Positions 13,511-27,061 of a stretch of 64,000 bases of DNA are shown here, one piece after another. Within the stretch, counting starts at the first letter, position 1. Every line of letters begins with the position of its first letter. Location of the stretch: assembly GCF_964355755.1 (NCBI RefSeq), contig NC_092677.1, positions 14,468,101 to 14,532,100 of the forward strand, in the 5' to 3' direction. Both the position numbers and the translations under genes were made by a program. The notes under the pieces are model-generated. The model saw only the letters and a program-made list of their open reading frames with translations, was not told the DNA's origin and did not search any database. This DNA is from Antedon mediterranea. Lineage: Eukaryota > Animalia > Echinodermata.

Positions 13511-14262
13511 TGTATATCCAATAATACATAATTTTATACATTATTTAATATACTTTATCATATCTATTGAGTAGTTAAGTAATTAGATAGTTCAATGAAA
13601 TAAAAAATCATTAACATGCACTGTAGGCCCTACTGTATTCTAGTTTTTATCAGAATGTTTAGCCAAAGGTTGATACTGTACTTTTTTTGTTGACAAAAAG
13701 TGACATATTACATAATAAAAATAATACTGCGGTTAATGGGTCTACACATGTGTTTTAGAGATAACAAAACGTTTACATAACAAGGTGTGTGTATGTACGC
13801 TATTTTAGAACAAGGTAAACTACAGGAATTATTTTTATAAACAAATTTGTATTACCGTTTGTGTATATTGCTAATTAGTTTAACAATTATAAATGTAAAT
13901 ATTAAAATAATATTTTTAGAGGTTTATTTTACCTATAAATGTACATTAATGCTTATTTCCCATTTACCCCAACATTTATTTTGTCTTTTTATAAGTAATA
14001 TTTTCTACGAAATGGCCTATTCACAATCATTTTTCATTTTTTTTTTTTTTTTTTTTTTTGGGAAATACATCGTTAAGAGTTCAATGTGATATGCTTGACA
14101 CCTAAAAGATTATAAGGATTTATTTTCTACTATTTTGTTTAATTTAATCGGTATACCAAACTTGTGTTAACATTTATACAATGTGTTGATATGCATGACG
14201 TCACAGTGCCTGTTAGCTTAAAACTATTTGAATTAATTAAATTTCATCCGAAAAAAATAATA

Positions 14263-14295
<33 letters not shown>

Positions 14296-17200
14296 AATTC
14301 ATTACAAATATCAAACATTAAAACTCACTGAAAAGATGTATGAAGTAATTATGTAGAAAGATGAGACGAGCTCTCCAAAATTCGTTCTCTTTACTGTTCT
14401 TATTATACCTATCCAATGACTTCACTGGATAAGTTATATACAGTATTAGCCGATTGGAATGCTAAGGTACCAACCAACCATTTACACAAAAAAAAGCGTC
14501 GGATAACTTATAAAAGAGAGGAAGTCGGCTGTCAGCAGTGATACTGCATGCTGTATAATGTCACTAGACATGATACCGTGTATCTGGTGGATAGATATAA
14601 TTATGTTTACTAATTGTGTGTTTACAGAAATTTATCCTTTCTGTTATCGTAATCTTTCCTCTCGGCAAACAGCTAATTGCTTCATATCTATTGTCGTAAC
14701 AGACATGTGTATTATCAGCCACATTAACCCAATAGTTTAGTTTAAATACATTAACGATATCAAAGTGTATTTTGTATTGATATCATATCTTATCTTTTAG
14801 TATTGTCTTAAATTGACAAAACGATTTCAGTTTTTCAAAATGTGTCAGAATTATTATTATTTTCATTAAGTGAGTCGCATATAATAAACAAAACATCTTC
14901 GTTACCTTTTGTATATCTCCAATTTGTATCATTTATAACCGGAATTGCGTACAATGAATGGCGCTGCATGTTCCCTTATTATTGTTTGACATTTCAAAAT
15001 ATTCATAATTTTTAAAGAATAGGTTTGTCTTTTTGTACTCCTAAATGAAATTGTTATACTTATAGTATTACCATTCATTCATCAGTGGATTATTTCCATT
15101 TATTGTCATATATTTAAAATATACATAGACATTAGTGTAATTCAAGTTTACGTTTTATTCTCTTTCAAAACTTACGAAAATAATGCTAATGAATAAAAAT
15201 TAGAGTTTTGCTTAATTGCTATTTCGAAAATCGTGCAATCTGTGTGTGACGATTTTTCTTAAACGGTATTGCACTGCACTTAATAATCTGAAGAGAAAAA
15301 AAATACAATTGTCACGACATTGTTTTATTTATATTGTGTGCAAAACTAATTTGTTAATAGACCCTAAATTCATTCTCAAATAGAGTAAGAGGTTTCTTCT
15401 ATAATTAAGTTTCTTTTATAATAAATTTTTCTTTTTGACAGTGCATGTGTTACTGTATCCTATTTTCAATTTTTTTGTGCGCTTAAGATAGACAGAAAAG
15501 GTTTTAGTCAAATAAAAATAAATGAATTTGATCACGTACTTCGATAAGCTGAAGCAGGGATCACTAAAATCAATATTTGACAATCTATCAGCAACAGATT
15601 AACTCCCAGTCAGCCAACAATAAATTTAATATAAACATCATGCCACTATCTTCTATAACCAGATTGTAATAGTGCAAGATAGTGTATACTGCAGCTATTA
15701 GTACGGTTGGAAAGTTGACGGCCTCTATGTCATGTTTTCTAATAGCACTTATGTATGGCAGACAAGTGTTTGGTTGTTTGACATGGTGAGAACTTGTCGC
15801 CAAATTTATCAATTAGAACCATACATCTCACCTTTGTTACCTCTTTTTCTTTATTGGGGATATTAATTTTATCGGATACAATTTTGAAGATGAACCAGAA
15901 TAAATGCTCGTCAGCCACTCCATGGCAGTGTACTAATAGATTGTACTTAATTAATTGTGCGGGTTATGCTAAACATAGCCCCATGCCTCTTCACGTTTAG
16001 TGGTGGTTAGCAGTATGTTGGCTATTAACCGGTACAATACCTGTTTTGGTTCTAGTGAGACTACTAAAGTTGTTAATTTGCTAACTATTCTGTCATGGAC
16101 CCATTATGCATCCGTAAATGGCCAATTGACCAATGACTGATCACTATGTCATTTAACAACTAACTACATAATATTAATAGCCACGTTTTTCTGCATATGT
16201 CACTGTCATGTCGAAATTCAACAGGATTTTGTGTGTCAATATAAGTGTCCGGAGGCGTTATTATAACGCGCATGCAATTTCCATAGAAACTTACAACAAG
16301 TAAATATTTCATACACTTGACTTTATCCTTCTTTATTCCAAAGACAAACAGGTTATATCCTGTAAGCAAACCATACGTAATTCGGTGTCTACTAGACTAA
16401 TAGTAATTTACTGTCAGTCATCATCAGCTCATATGGAGCAGGTCTGGCTTACAGAAACATCAGCATGAAATGAAAGGGCCATCATCATCATCAAATAATT
16501 TAGGTATATGCATTAGGCCTATACTGTTTAAAAATGCAAATGGGCTACAGATAGTAAAATTAAGAGCAGATAGATAGATATTATGTAGGCTTACTGTACA
16601 TGCATCAATTCCACATCATTAATTGATATCTTAGGACCCAGGCTTAGTCTTACCCGTTTAAATTGGTTACTACCATACCAGGAAAGAGTGAAATTAAACA
16701 CTCTTCCCTACCTACACCAAGATATAATTGTTCCATGAAGCCTACAGTACGAACTGACTGAGCCTGGAAAAAGGGCCCAGAGTGTGGAAGATTGAGTAGT
16801 AAAATGTTTCCGCAGAAATCCACAAAGAATTATTTTATTATTTTATCAAAGTTATACTTTTCTCATTATCATCTAAGTAGTAAATGTACCGTAATTGAAA
16901 GCATTCGTATTATTGACCTGTCATCCTTTGATTTACGTCGTTAAAGTTCAAAGTTATAAACCTGGGTAAAAGACAGTTCCCCATTTTCAATGAACCGTGT
17001 TCCCCAAAAGAGGCATTCCAATTGGTCCGCGAGAAAGTGTCGTCTGCCAAGGGTTTTATGGGAGCTGCGGGAGGTAGATTTCAGATACGGATTTTATGGT
17101 AGTATAGCATACATGTAAATAGGTTTTCTTTTTTGTTAATACAATAAATGATAAGGATGTGGTGTGGTGCTATTATGTTTTAGTAAGCCTACTTGTACAG

Positions 17201-18422
17201 TTGTTTTTATACATATCAGCTGTCGTATGTACTGGTCATCAACTAACTACAACTAGGCCGAGCTCAACAGCAACATTGGGATTTCACAGGTATGTAGGCC
17301 TACCAGTTGCAAATTATTTCTAATTTACAGGAAATTATAAAATGAGCCTAAACCATAACACCTGGAACGTATAGACCTACATTTGGTCATATTGGCATGG
17401 CAAATGGGTCTCAATTTTTTAGATTAGATGTCTTAATATTGTTCTATAATACTGTTCCAAATTCAAATTATTATATACAGGTGTTGTGCATGGAATTATG
17501 TAGTCGTGTGTTGAACTGAAAATGTCGTTTTCTTAAACGGTTAAATTATAACGTTTTTTATCTTGCGTTTAAACTCTTTAAAATACCATGAACTTGGTTC
17601 AATAAATATATAATTATTCCATAATGTATTAGTGTGGTACCCTTTTCTATAAATTGACGGTATTTGTTGAAAAATAACAATGATTTATTTAATAATATAT
17701 TAAAAAAATCATCATATCATTTTACAACTACTAGAAAATACAAATACATCGGTTGTGTATATAGTTTTGAAAATATTGTAAGTATAACTTATTTCTAGGC
17801 CTATATTGTATCGCGGTATTTTTTTCAAAGTAGGCCTACACATCGTCGGAAATAAAAACTTTAGGCATATCGTTCAACAATTAAAATCAACATTAGTTCG
17901 GTACACACCCCCATAGTTAGACTGAGATCAAAACAATTACAAATTAAAATAGTTTGCTTTGAGGAATTAACTTTGTAATTTAATAGTTTAAAAAAAATTA
18001 ATTTCTCAGTTGACTTAACTTGATTTTATTATTGTATTTGTTCTGAAAAATAATTATTACTTATTCTGTACGTATCAATTTACATACTCTTAATTAATAA
18101 TGGACATAATTCTCGAGGAAAGGCCAAAGAGATAATGGACCACAAACTGATGCAAATTAAATACGTGACTGTTGAAAACAGTAATGATTTGTGGTGCTAA
18201 TTAAATGAACGTTTACCTTTCATAAATTTATTTTGACCTTTCCTTTAACAATGTTTTAAATCTTTTACATTTTGAATTTATGGTGGAACACTGATATAAT
18301 CATGATAATGTTTAACATTTACGATACCAACATGCCACATTGTATAATTATAATTATTATATTATTTCGATAGAGAGTTTCATAAATGTTGGTAACACTT
18401 CTTAGATGAAAGAACACTGACA

Positions 18423-21400
18423 ATGGAAAGTGGACTCGACTTGCTCCGTTCGGAACGAGTGAGAGAACGTCATCTCCTTATTAACACAACTCAGCAAGTA
18501 GCAGCAAAAGGGTAAGCCAAAAGTTTTGTTTGTCTTTGTTTCATTTATGATAAGCGTTTGTTTTTTTATTATTCATTACTGTATCTAGTATCTGCTTCTC
18601 CTCTGGTTAAGGTTGGCACTGGACGATAGAAGCCCTTGGTCAATGTTAGGTGCTTTAAACAGTCTTGTTCAAAGGACCCCCAACGGAAATAAACCGCCGT
18701 AAGGTTTTATTGGGTCATCCGGAGCTTTGTTTTTTACTTTCAAGTTTATTTTACAACTGTACAATATTGTATTGTTATTTATGTGCTCGAGTAAAATTGA
18801 ATTGAATTGAATTGGTTTAGTCATCATTCAAAGGAATGTAAGACTAATTGACATTGTCGTTTAAGGCATATTATATACTGCATATAACAGGAAACTCTGG
18901 TCATCAACTCCTGCAACCAGACATGATACCAGATTGATTGATTGATTTTATTCGATAGTCATAAAAATAATTAAATAATACAATGTACATAATATTAAAA
19001 AGAATACCAGGATAACCCATTAAGTCGACAAATAAAAAGTAAACTTATTTCCAATGGGGTCCAATCCGTATTAACTGAAAAAGTGAGTGGTTGGGCGTAG
19101 TACAATATAAGATTAAGTTGGACGCAGTAAAAATTGAAAAACAAGAAAATACATATAAAACAAGATAACATCAAAAAACAATATAAAAAAAGTAACTTAG
19201 TTAAACTGATATTCCAAGCTGTTCATTATTAAAATATTCTTTAAGTTTTTTTTTGAAGGTTGCATTATTTTGTATTGGTTTAAGTTGGGTTGGGGAGACT
19301 GTTCCAGTCACGGATACCTAACAAATAAAAAGTCGAATTATTAACGCCAGTAGCCTTAGGAGTGACAACATTATATATTGTACACGAGCAACCTCTCAGT
19401 CTTTACCATGAAAACAATAATTTTTGTTTTTTTTATTACTTTAACATTAATGCATTGGATTATTGAAAATTAATATTAACTCAAATAGTTGAAGTTTGAG
19501 TCCTAAGCCGCAAAAACAGTATGTGAATGTCATAGTTCAAACGTGCACGTGGTGAAAGGAAATTTAATGTATTGTTTATTCTTAATGACGTCTTATAGTT
19601 GTTAGGACGACGACGTATACAAACGGATGTAATCGGGCATTGGTGGCCTCTTCCTACCCCCATTGAACCCCCTTTAGAGCACAAACCGATAAATCATTTT
19701 TAGTAGATCCACGAATCACGTAGTTATCATTTTGTATTATTTGTTTAAAAGGCTCGTTTTACTCGATCAATAGTTTTTTTGTAACATCGTTGCGTTTTAT
19801 AATACTAGAACCAATAAAATCACAATTGCATTTTGTTGTCGTAAGCTTCATAAAATTTAAAGGTGGGAAAGATAAACAGAAAACTGCAATGTTATAACAC
19901 ATTTATTATGTAAGTTTGATATTGAATTACTTACATTATATAACATTTGTGCTTGAATTGGTTTACATAGTCAAACATAAAGACCGGTGTTGTCCATGTA
20001 AAACATCCCATGTAAAGCATTGTTAATGATACAGTCATATGTAGGCCTACTTTACATTATTGTACATAATGCTCATTTTCAAGAATCTTGAAACATAAAG
20101 GCAATCATTTATGTTGATCTTCAAAGAAGAAAACATTTTTTTTTAAAGACGTTTCATATTTAACCCATTTATTTTTGTTATTATTATAATTATCCTTTTT
20201 AGAATTAATTAAGAAATAAAAGAATGATTTTAATTAAACTCCAGTTACATTGAATACATATATCTGTTTGCGATATGGTATTAGCATAAAAGCAAAATGC
20301 GAATTGGCGTTATTATTACTACTGTAATTAAAATATAAATGCATGACATGATGGTCAATAGGAGAAGATAATTATTAGGAGTATCCAAAGTGTGAATTAG
20401 TATTAGACAGAATGAATGAATGATATCTTATTGGTAATAGAGCTTTATAATAAATGTTAAACTTATATCAAGAAATACACAAATGGCACAAAATTAAAAA
20501 ACATGTTGTTATTGAATATATAAATTGTTATTTCATACATAATTTTATTTTTATTATTGATTAGATGTTATTATAAGAGAAAATGTTCCCCTGCGTAGAA
20601 ATATAAGGATAGTTTTGTATTCGTTGGATCAAGCATAGAGGTTTGAAATTAAATAAATCATACCTACATGGATCAAGATTGTATTAGTGGTGTATTTTAG
20701 GACATAATATGATTAGCTTAGTGTCACTAGTAAGAAGATTAGTGTCAGTAGCAACGTATATTGATAAACAACACCAGGCAATACTTATTATGTCTTAATG
20801 AGTTGTACTGAAGACTTAAAAAAAATAACAATAGGCCTACTACGTTATTATTATTACAACCGGTAGATAAGGTAGCATTGATTTTCGCTTTGTCCTTATG
20901 ACCTTCCAACACTATGGTACAATACTAGATCGATTTTGAAATTACATTCGTTCCTTTATAATAATAATAATACTACTATCCATTTATAAACTAGTGTTAG
21001 GCCTACATTGCATTAACGAAACGAAGTCAGAATGTTCCACAATTGCCTCGATTTAATATCAAATTTCTGTCGGTCTTTGCGTTCCATAACACTGGTTTGA
21101 TGGATAGATTAAGTATTTGTATAACAAATAGCTACTAAATAGTAACTAGTAAATGTACTCGCATTGAGAGGGTAGGATTAATTTAGGAATTGACAATGCC
21201 TTAATCTCCATTTATAGAACAGGCCTATGCTAGGCCTATTGCTTCAAGTACGGGATATCAGCGTGTTGATTTGCCCTTGCCGTTGCTGTAGCTAGCCAGG
21301 AGACACATCGTTAGATTCCAACAGAATATTATTATCAGATTTAAGAACTATTTAAACTGACTGTAGGTGTTTTTTATTGTTTGCTTATAAGAACAGCTTC

Positions 21401-24067
21401 GGAAGTTTCAATTATTAAATAAATAACAGAACTACACAATGTGTGTGGTTATTGATAGTAAAGTGCACCTGTTTACAATCACTTCTAATTTCTATTAGGT
21501 TATTTATAGAAAATTGTAATGGAAAATTATAAAATTGCTTGATATTTTTATAGGCCTAAGGTTAATTAAGTGCCGACTTTTTTCGAAGGTTTAGAACAGT
21601 GTTGTCAGGTGGGATATATCTTCTAGTTAGAATAATGTTAAGAAGTGTATTGATTGAATTGTGTGCTTCAGTAACTGATATTAATAATTTGACATGGCCT
21701 ACCGAAGAACCTCTATTAGGTGGACACTATCGGGACCCACCAAATGTGCACATATGTGTGTTTCCTAACATTTTGGCAGTGTACATTATCTATACCATAT
21801 CATTTTCCCACCTATCCCCACACTTATATATAACATTTAATATAATTTATCAAAACTACAAACTAAAGTTATGTTCCTTGTATAAATCTAGATTTATGCC
21901 AGTTATTTCTTCATATTCATTTTCTTCAGAACAGTTGTGTTATCCCACGTTTCACGATTTATAAGTATAAAAACAACAACAAAAAACAAATAACATTCAA
22001 TAATTTGTATAGGCCTACACTGCATTTACAAAGTTCTATGAAATGTTACGTAAATACCCCTTTTTAAATCGACCTTCTGTTCCCTTTGACTGGTTTTGGT
22101 GAACTCAAGCTTGCATTGTAGTTAGTTTTACTCTATATTTACAACATAACGATTGGTACAAATATTTTCTCTCAGAAGTAAGCATGCGTATATGGGATCA
22201 CCATCACGCGTTTCCAACATTACTCGAGAGCAGACAGTAATGATGCAAGTAGCGCGCAGTTTCAACGTAAAAGACGGACAGCTAAGCAGCGTTCTGGCGT
22301 GTGGAAACCCCGCCGAGGAGCGGCGACTTGCCACTCAGCTCAAGAAAATCGAAGATGAAAAAAGACGAAGAGAATCAACATTGGCTTGGAACCAACGGAA
22401 TTTCTTTATTAAGCAGGTATATTTAATTGCTGATAATTGTGTGGTTGTTTGTGTATTTTTCAAGTAAGATGGTACAATATCATAGACCAAAGTACAAAAA
22501 TGTATAGAACTACTTCATGTGAACAAAGGGGAATAGCCTAACTCCGCTCAATCTGATTGGTTTCGAATGGAAACACCTCGCCCCTATCACAAACCAACAT
22601 TTTGAGTGGTAATTGAATGTAGTTTACTCACTTCTTTATCTTCGATGGTTAATGTATTAAAATGAATTTATTATAAATCTAATAATGTTTGTTCTAAAAC
22701 TAATTAAATATCAAATTATATATAGTTATATATGAATATATCCTTTGGTAGGCCTGCTCCATAACCTTGCAGAGTTTCTTTCATTTTCTTTATAAGAAAA
22801 TTACACATTTTAATTTTTAAAATTACGAGAATGTGTATTCTTTTGATTGTGTGAAATGTGAATGGTGTTTGCAAATTGTCTTTATTATTTACAGGTGTTT
22901 GACCAAGATAATGAGTTACGATTTGTGAAAGTGTATGAGCGGCCATCATATCTAAAACAGACCGCTGCTGAAGATGAGTTTGAAGAAACAATACATCTTA
23001 GGCCTAAATCACGATCAGTGGATTTTGGGAAAGAGTCTCAACATGATAGGCCTAAATCAAAACCTCTCAGACGTTCAAAAACAGAGGGCGCACTTTTACT
23101 GCATCGAAAGAAGAAACACATTCTTGAGGATAAGTTTGACAGTTCTAAAATAGTGCAAAACGGGAAGGAAAATGTGGATCAAACTGAACATGTTTTAACT
23201 GATGATTTGCCAAAACTTACTCAAATAGACAGTATAAGAGTTAGTGAAGAAACTAATCCAGAACTCAAAGCGAAAGTAAAGTTTCCACTGTTAAAAGTGC
23301 GAGCCTTGGGTATTTTCGCAGCGTCTTTCAAACGCAATGAACAAAATGCAGGCAAAGAAAACACCAAATTGCCACCACCGATACAAGATGCTTACATCAC
23401 GTCAAATCTTAATGAAAATACCTCAACAACTTCAAATCAATCAAATACAAATGAGAAATATAGTAATAAGAAATATGTCGATACACTCGACAACGGACCA
23501 TTGGTTAATACTACTCACAACGAACAAAACGTAGATAAACATACTCATCAAGTTAACGGGAATGCAGTATCAAAAAATATACATATAAACGGAATAGTAC
23601 AATCAAGCAAAAAATATGTGAAGACAACCGAGTACAAAATAATGGATATAGGCTTAGAATCAACAGACAGATATAGAAATGGTGAAAACACAAGTTCAAA
23701 AGATAACAAATCGCGTGATGTATTAGGAAAGAGAAAGCAACGAGAAGGTAAAGTGAAACACTTCAAAGATCCAGAAAAGGACGAAAAGCTTCAAGTTCAG
23801 CAAGAAAAGGTTCTTCGGAAACTCGTCAGTACGCTACCAACTCACCTTCTTCTGAAGACTCATAAGAGAGAGAAGGAGGCCGGTGGGATATCAACTGATG
23901 AAGTAAGGAGGAAAATGATCGACAAGGCCCGAGCGGGAATGTCACAAAGGGTCTTGAAAGATCCTAGGTTTAAAAACTTAGAGGACTTTCTAAATGCTGG
24001 AAAAAACGCGACATACAATCCTGAAAGTTCCTCTACAAAAATATTGGATAATGATGATGACTATTAG
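18423..24067 (+). CDS. Uncharacterised 500-aa protein (N-terminal coiled coil, long hydrophilic region, C-terminal DPRFxxL motif), 3 coding exons
   Basis: Exons 18423-18511 (ATG, in-frame TAA upstream at 18393, donor GG|GTAAGC), 22176-22416 and 22895-24067. Phases 2 and 0 match and the total is 1503 nt. Contains the 401-aa ORF 22862-24067. Confidence 0.75.
18590..18814 (+). mobile_element. LINE (L2/CR1-group) 3' UTR or LINE-tailed SINE fragment
   Basis: GGACCCC...GGAAATAAACC...GGTTTTATTGGGTCATCC stem-loop-like motif, T-rich stretch and (ATTGA)n tail. Confidence 0.5.
18931..19380 (-). mobile_element. 3' end of a CR1/L2-group LINE
   Basis: Minus strand encodes NSTFYLLGIRDWNSLP (CR1/L2 ORF2 C-terminal WNxLP motif), then a 3' UTR with GGACCCCATTGGAAATAAG...GGGTTATCCTGG, AATAAA and a (CAAT)n tail. 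Confidence 0.7.
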
Positions 24068-24451
24068 ATACAGTGGAATTACATAACCTTTTTATATTGC
24101 GTTCGATTAAATAGTACCTTAAATTTCAGATTAAATAACATGATCACGTAAAAAAGTAATCTATATTTCATATCCGGTTAGCCGTAACTTCCCAAAAATG
24201 TTAATAAAATATTTAATTTAAGTTTTTATTTTCATTATTTTCAATATTGTCTGAATGCTCAGAAAATCAATATGTTAATTTCTGAATAAATACTTTAAAT
24301 GTAAAATAAAATCCAACATATAAAATTAAAAATATATATAATAAAATTAATGTTCATATCTAATAGTCAATATTCCGCCCACGTGATGCTCATTGTTTAG
24401 GACCATTAGCAACTACAACAATAATGTCGCTATTGTCAGCAGTCTAGTGCC

Positions 24452-24669
24452 TACGTCATGATTATATAATTAGAAATACGTAACGTGACGTAAATGACGT
24501 AACATGTGTATGCTAATGAGAATAGCTGATTTAACAAAAATAAACGTAACAACGATTCGACAATATTACGTGTTGGATGTACAAAATGGCGTCGTTAAGT
24601 TTATGTCCTAGTTTTAAACTTGAGGAAATTCGTACTAGATTATTTTTATGTGGATTTGAAAAGGTAAGC
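24452..24669 (+). promoter_or_regulatory. Promoter-like cluster (CRE/ATF-type sites, YY1-type AAAATGGCG) with candidate first exon 24586-24663
   Basis: TACGTCAT 24452, GTGACGTAA 24485, ATGACGTAA 24494. ATG in AAAATGGCG opens 26 codons ending at a consensus donor AAG|GTAAGC. Confidence 0.4.
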
Positions 24670-25995
24670 GTTAAAGCTTAGTTAGGCTATCGTATGCTTG
24701 CAAGTAGGTACACTTTATGACTGTAGGTGTACGGCCTAATTCTGTTATGATCCTTTAATTGCTAAGCCAAATACCGTTATACCGTTTTGATACCAGCATT
24801 CGTCGTGTAAACAAGGTCCGCACGTCACTATATCTCGTATTTGAAACAAATTTATCGGTGAAAATCTCAACTTAAATTAGGAAATATGTCTATTTATATA
24901 TAATATAAACAAATCAAGCAAAGAACAGTAATTCTAAACCGCCCGGTGATATACTGAAATTGCATTAATTAATTATATATATCTTGAAATTCCTTAACAT
25001 AGAAAATAGTGATAACGTGCTATCTTAGTGTGCCTACCCTTATTTTCAAAAAGTATTCAATATTTGAAGTCGATCCATAGCTTGATAACATGTTTTCAAT
25101 GTTTCAATTGAAGTTGACGGTATGCGTCAAATAATGTGACTGAGAAAAAGAATCATGCCTGTATGGACAAGCTATATTCTTAAACAAAATACCGGCTACT
25201 CTCGAAAATATAACATTATTAGTTGGGTTTTAATTTAATGTTATGAATCATAACTTCAACAAAATTTAATAAAAATGTTACGGTTCATTAATTTGTCGTT
25301 TCACAATCAATACATTAATTACAAAATTAAAACCGAAATAGTAAGCTGGGGCGGTTTCCTCTAAAGATAGTTAAGGATGTCTGACTCATGCGGACAAGGC
25401 GTCAATTTCCTTAAGATTGAGGGGCTACATTTTATGTTGTTCTCTAGTATCCTAGCCAGTACTGTGCTATAGATGCTACGCATACTGTAGCTTATAATTA
25501 TAGTGATCCTAGATTACCACAACTAATGTGAATGTGTGTGTTAAAAAATAATAATTTAATTTTAGTCTAAAAGGGTAACTTAAATGTAATCGTGTCTCTA
25601 AAAAGAAACAGATGTATCTGTTAAACACAGTAACTTGTGAACTCAAATATATGAACGTTTACCATATATTGAAATTTACTGCCCTGGAGCTGAGACTTCC
25701 CCCAAGACCTCCGGTATTTAAATAAAATACAATTTAATTTAAATGCGTGTTACAGAGAAAAATTGCATGCTTTAAAAATTGTACCCTTTTCCGTTTGTGT
25801 GAGTAAAATATCCAGCTATTTATTTATAGGTGTGATTATTATTTGTCGGGGTCGGTCGGGATGCTAATCTATCATGTGAAAATTCTTTATCTATAATGTC
25901 TTGACGGTAGTAAAGATCATTCTTATGATTCACGGAATATTGATGTAATTTAATTATAAAGTAATAAGGTCTATCTTGTCAACTTGTCATTGTTG

Positions 25996-26083
25996 TGCGA
26001 CTCTACAGCTCACTATGTCGGTCGGTCGGTTGGTCGGTAAACTCAAAGTTGAGCACGCGACTGCAGCCATATATATGCCCTTG
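25996..26083 (+). mobile_element. DINE-1/HINE-like short element (subfamily 2)
   Basis: GCGACTCTACAGCTCACTATGTCGG-(GTCG)n...GCACGCGACTGCAGCC; similar to 42070-42181. Confidence 0.55.
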
Positions 26084-26621
26084 GTGTACTTCATATTCCT
26101 TCTGGAAATAACATATTTCTGACTTACACAATTATACATTGTAAATTAGTCATTCAAAAATGTTTCTTAAACTCGTCACGCGCCATTAGATCAATTGGGA
26201 AGCATTTACATTATATTATACCTAATTCGAGCAATTGCTAATACAATACGGAACTATTCAAAAGTTTCCAATAAAACTAATTTCTATAAGGTACGTGCAT
26301 TTTGTTTTCAGCTGTGTGTTTATGATTGCTATATTTTTTAAAAGACAGGAGAAAATTAAAACAGCATACACATTTGTAATATTAATTTATCAAATTTCTA
26401 CTTTATTACACAGAAAACATAAAACTGTCATGAGCATGGTTTTTTTTAATTAGCTTCACAAATCACATTTCACTATTTTAATATTTTTTCCAAAAAAAGT
26501 TAGTATTTTACGTAAATGATTTACTGTACGTATCTTCTATTGCTGCGATCGTTTATTTGTGTATGTGATAGTGAACGTTATCTAACCATTTAGAAAGCAA
26601 ATCAGAGGAAAACCTATCTTG

Positions 26622-26794
26622 CAAGCGTCTTTCACACCTGCTCCGGCAAAAATAAAATCGTTCATTTTCATGCGCCAATCGTTTTACTCGATATGCGCGT
26701 AGCCGCATCGTGAAAATGAAAAAGCGTTGTACGCGCAATCTGACGCCACCTGGGAGCCGGAGTCGGACCGAAGCAGGTGTGAATAGATACGGTT
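26622..26794. mobile_element. Probable MITE remnant
   Basis: Inverted repeats CGTCTTTCACACCTGCTCCGG (~26626-26646) and CCGAAGCAGGTGTGAATAGATACG (~26768-26791) enclose a CpG-rich interior. Confidence 0.45.
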
Positions 26795-27061
26795 TAATAC
26801 TCTTCACACAGCTTGTTTTTTTAGTTGAATAATGCCTGAGATAATTTTATTCATAGAAATAAACTTAATTACAATAATATAAAGTATTATCATAGGCCCT
26901 ATATTTAAAAAAAAAGAAATTATAAAATAGCTGCATTTTGCAGTTTGTGCGTTTGTCTGCTCATAACTCAAAATAATGTTCACAATTCGATTCATATTTA
27001 GATTTTTACCAGTCTAAATTTACATACTGGTTAGATCGTTTCCTTCATGTCTCTTGTTAAG

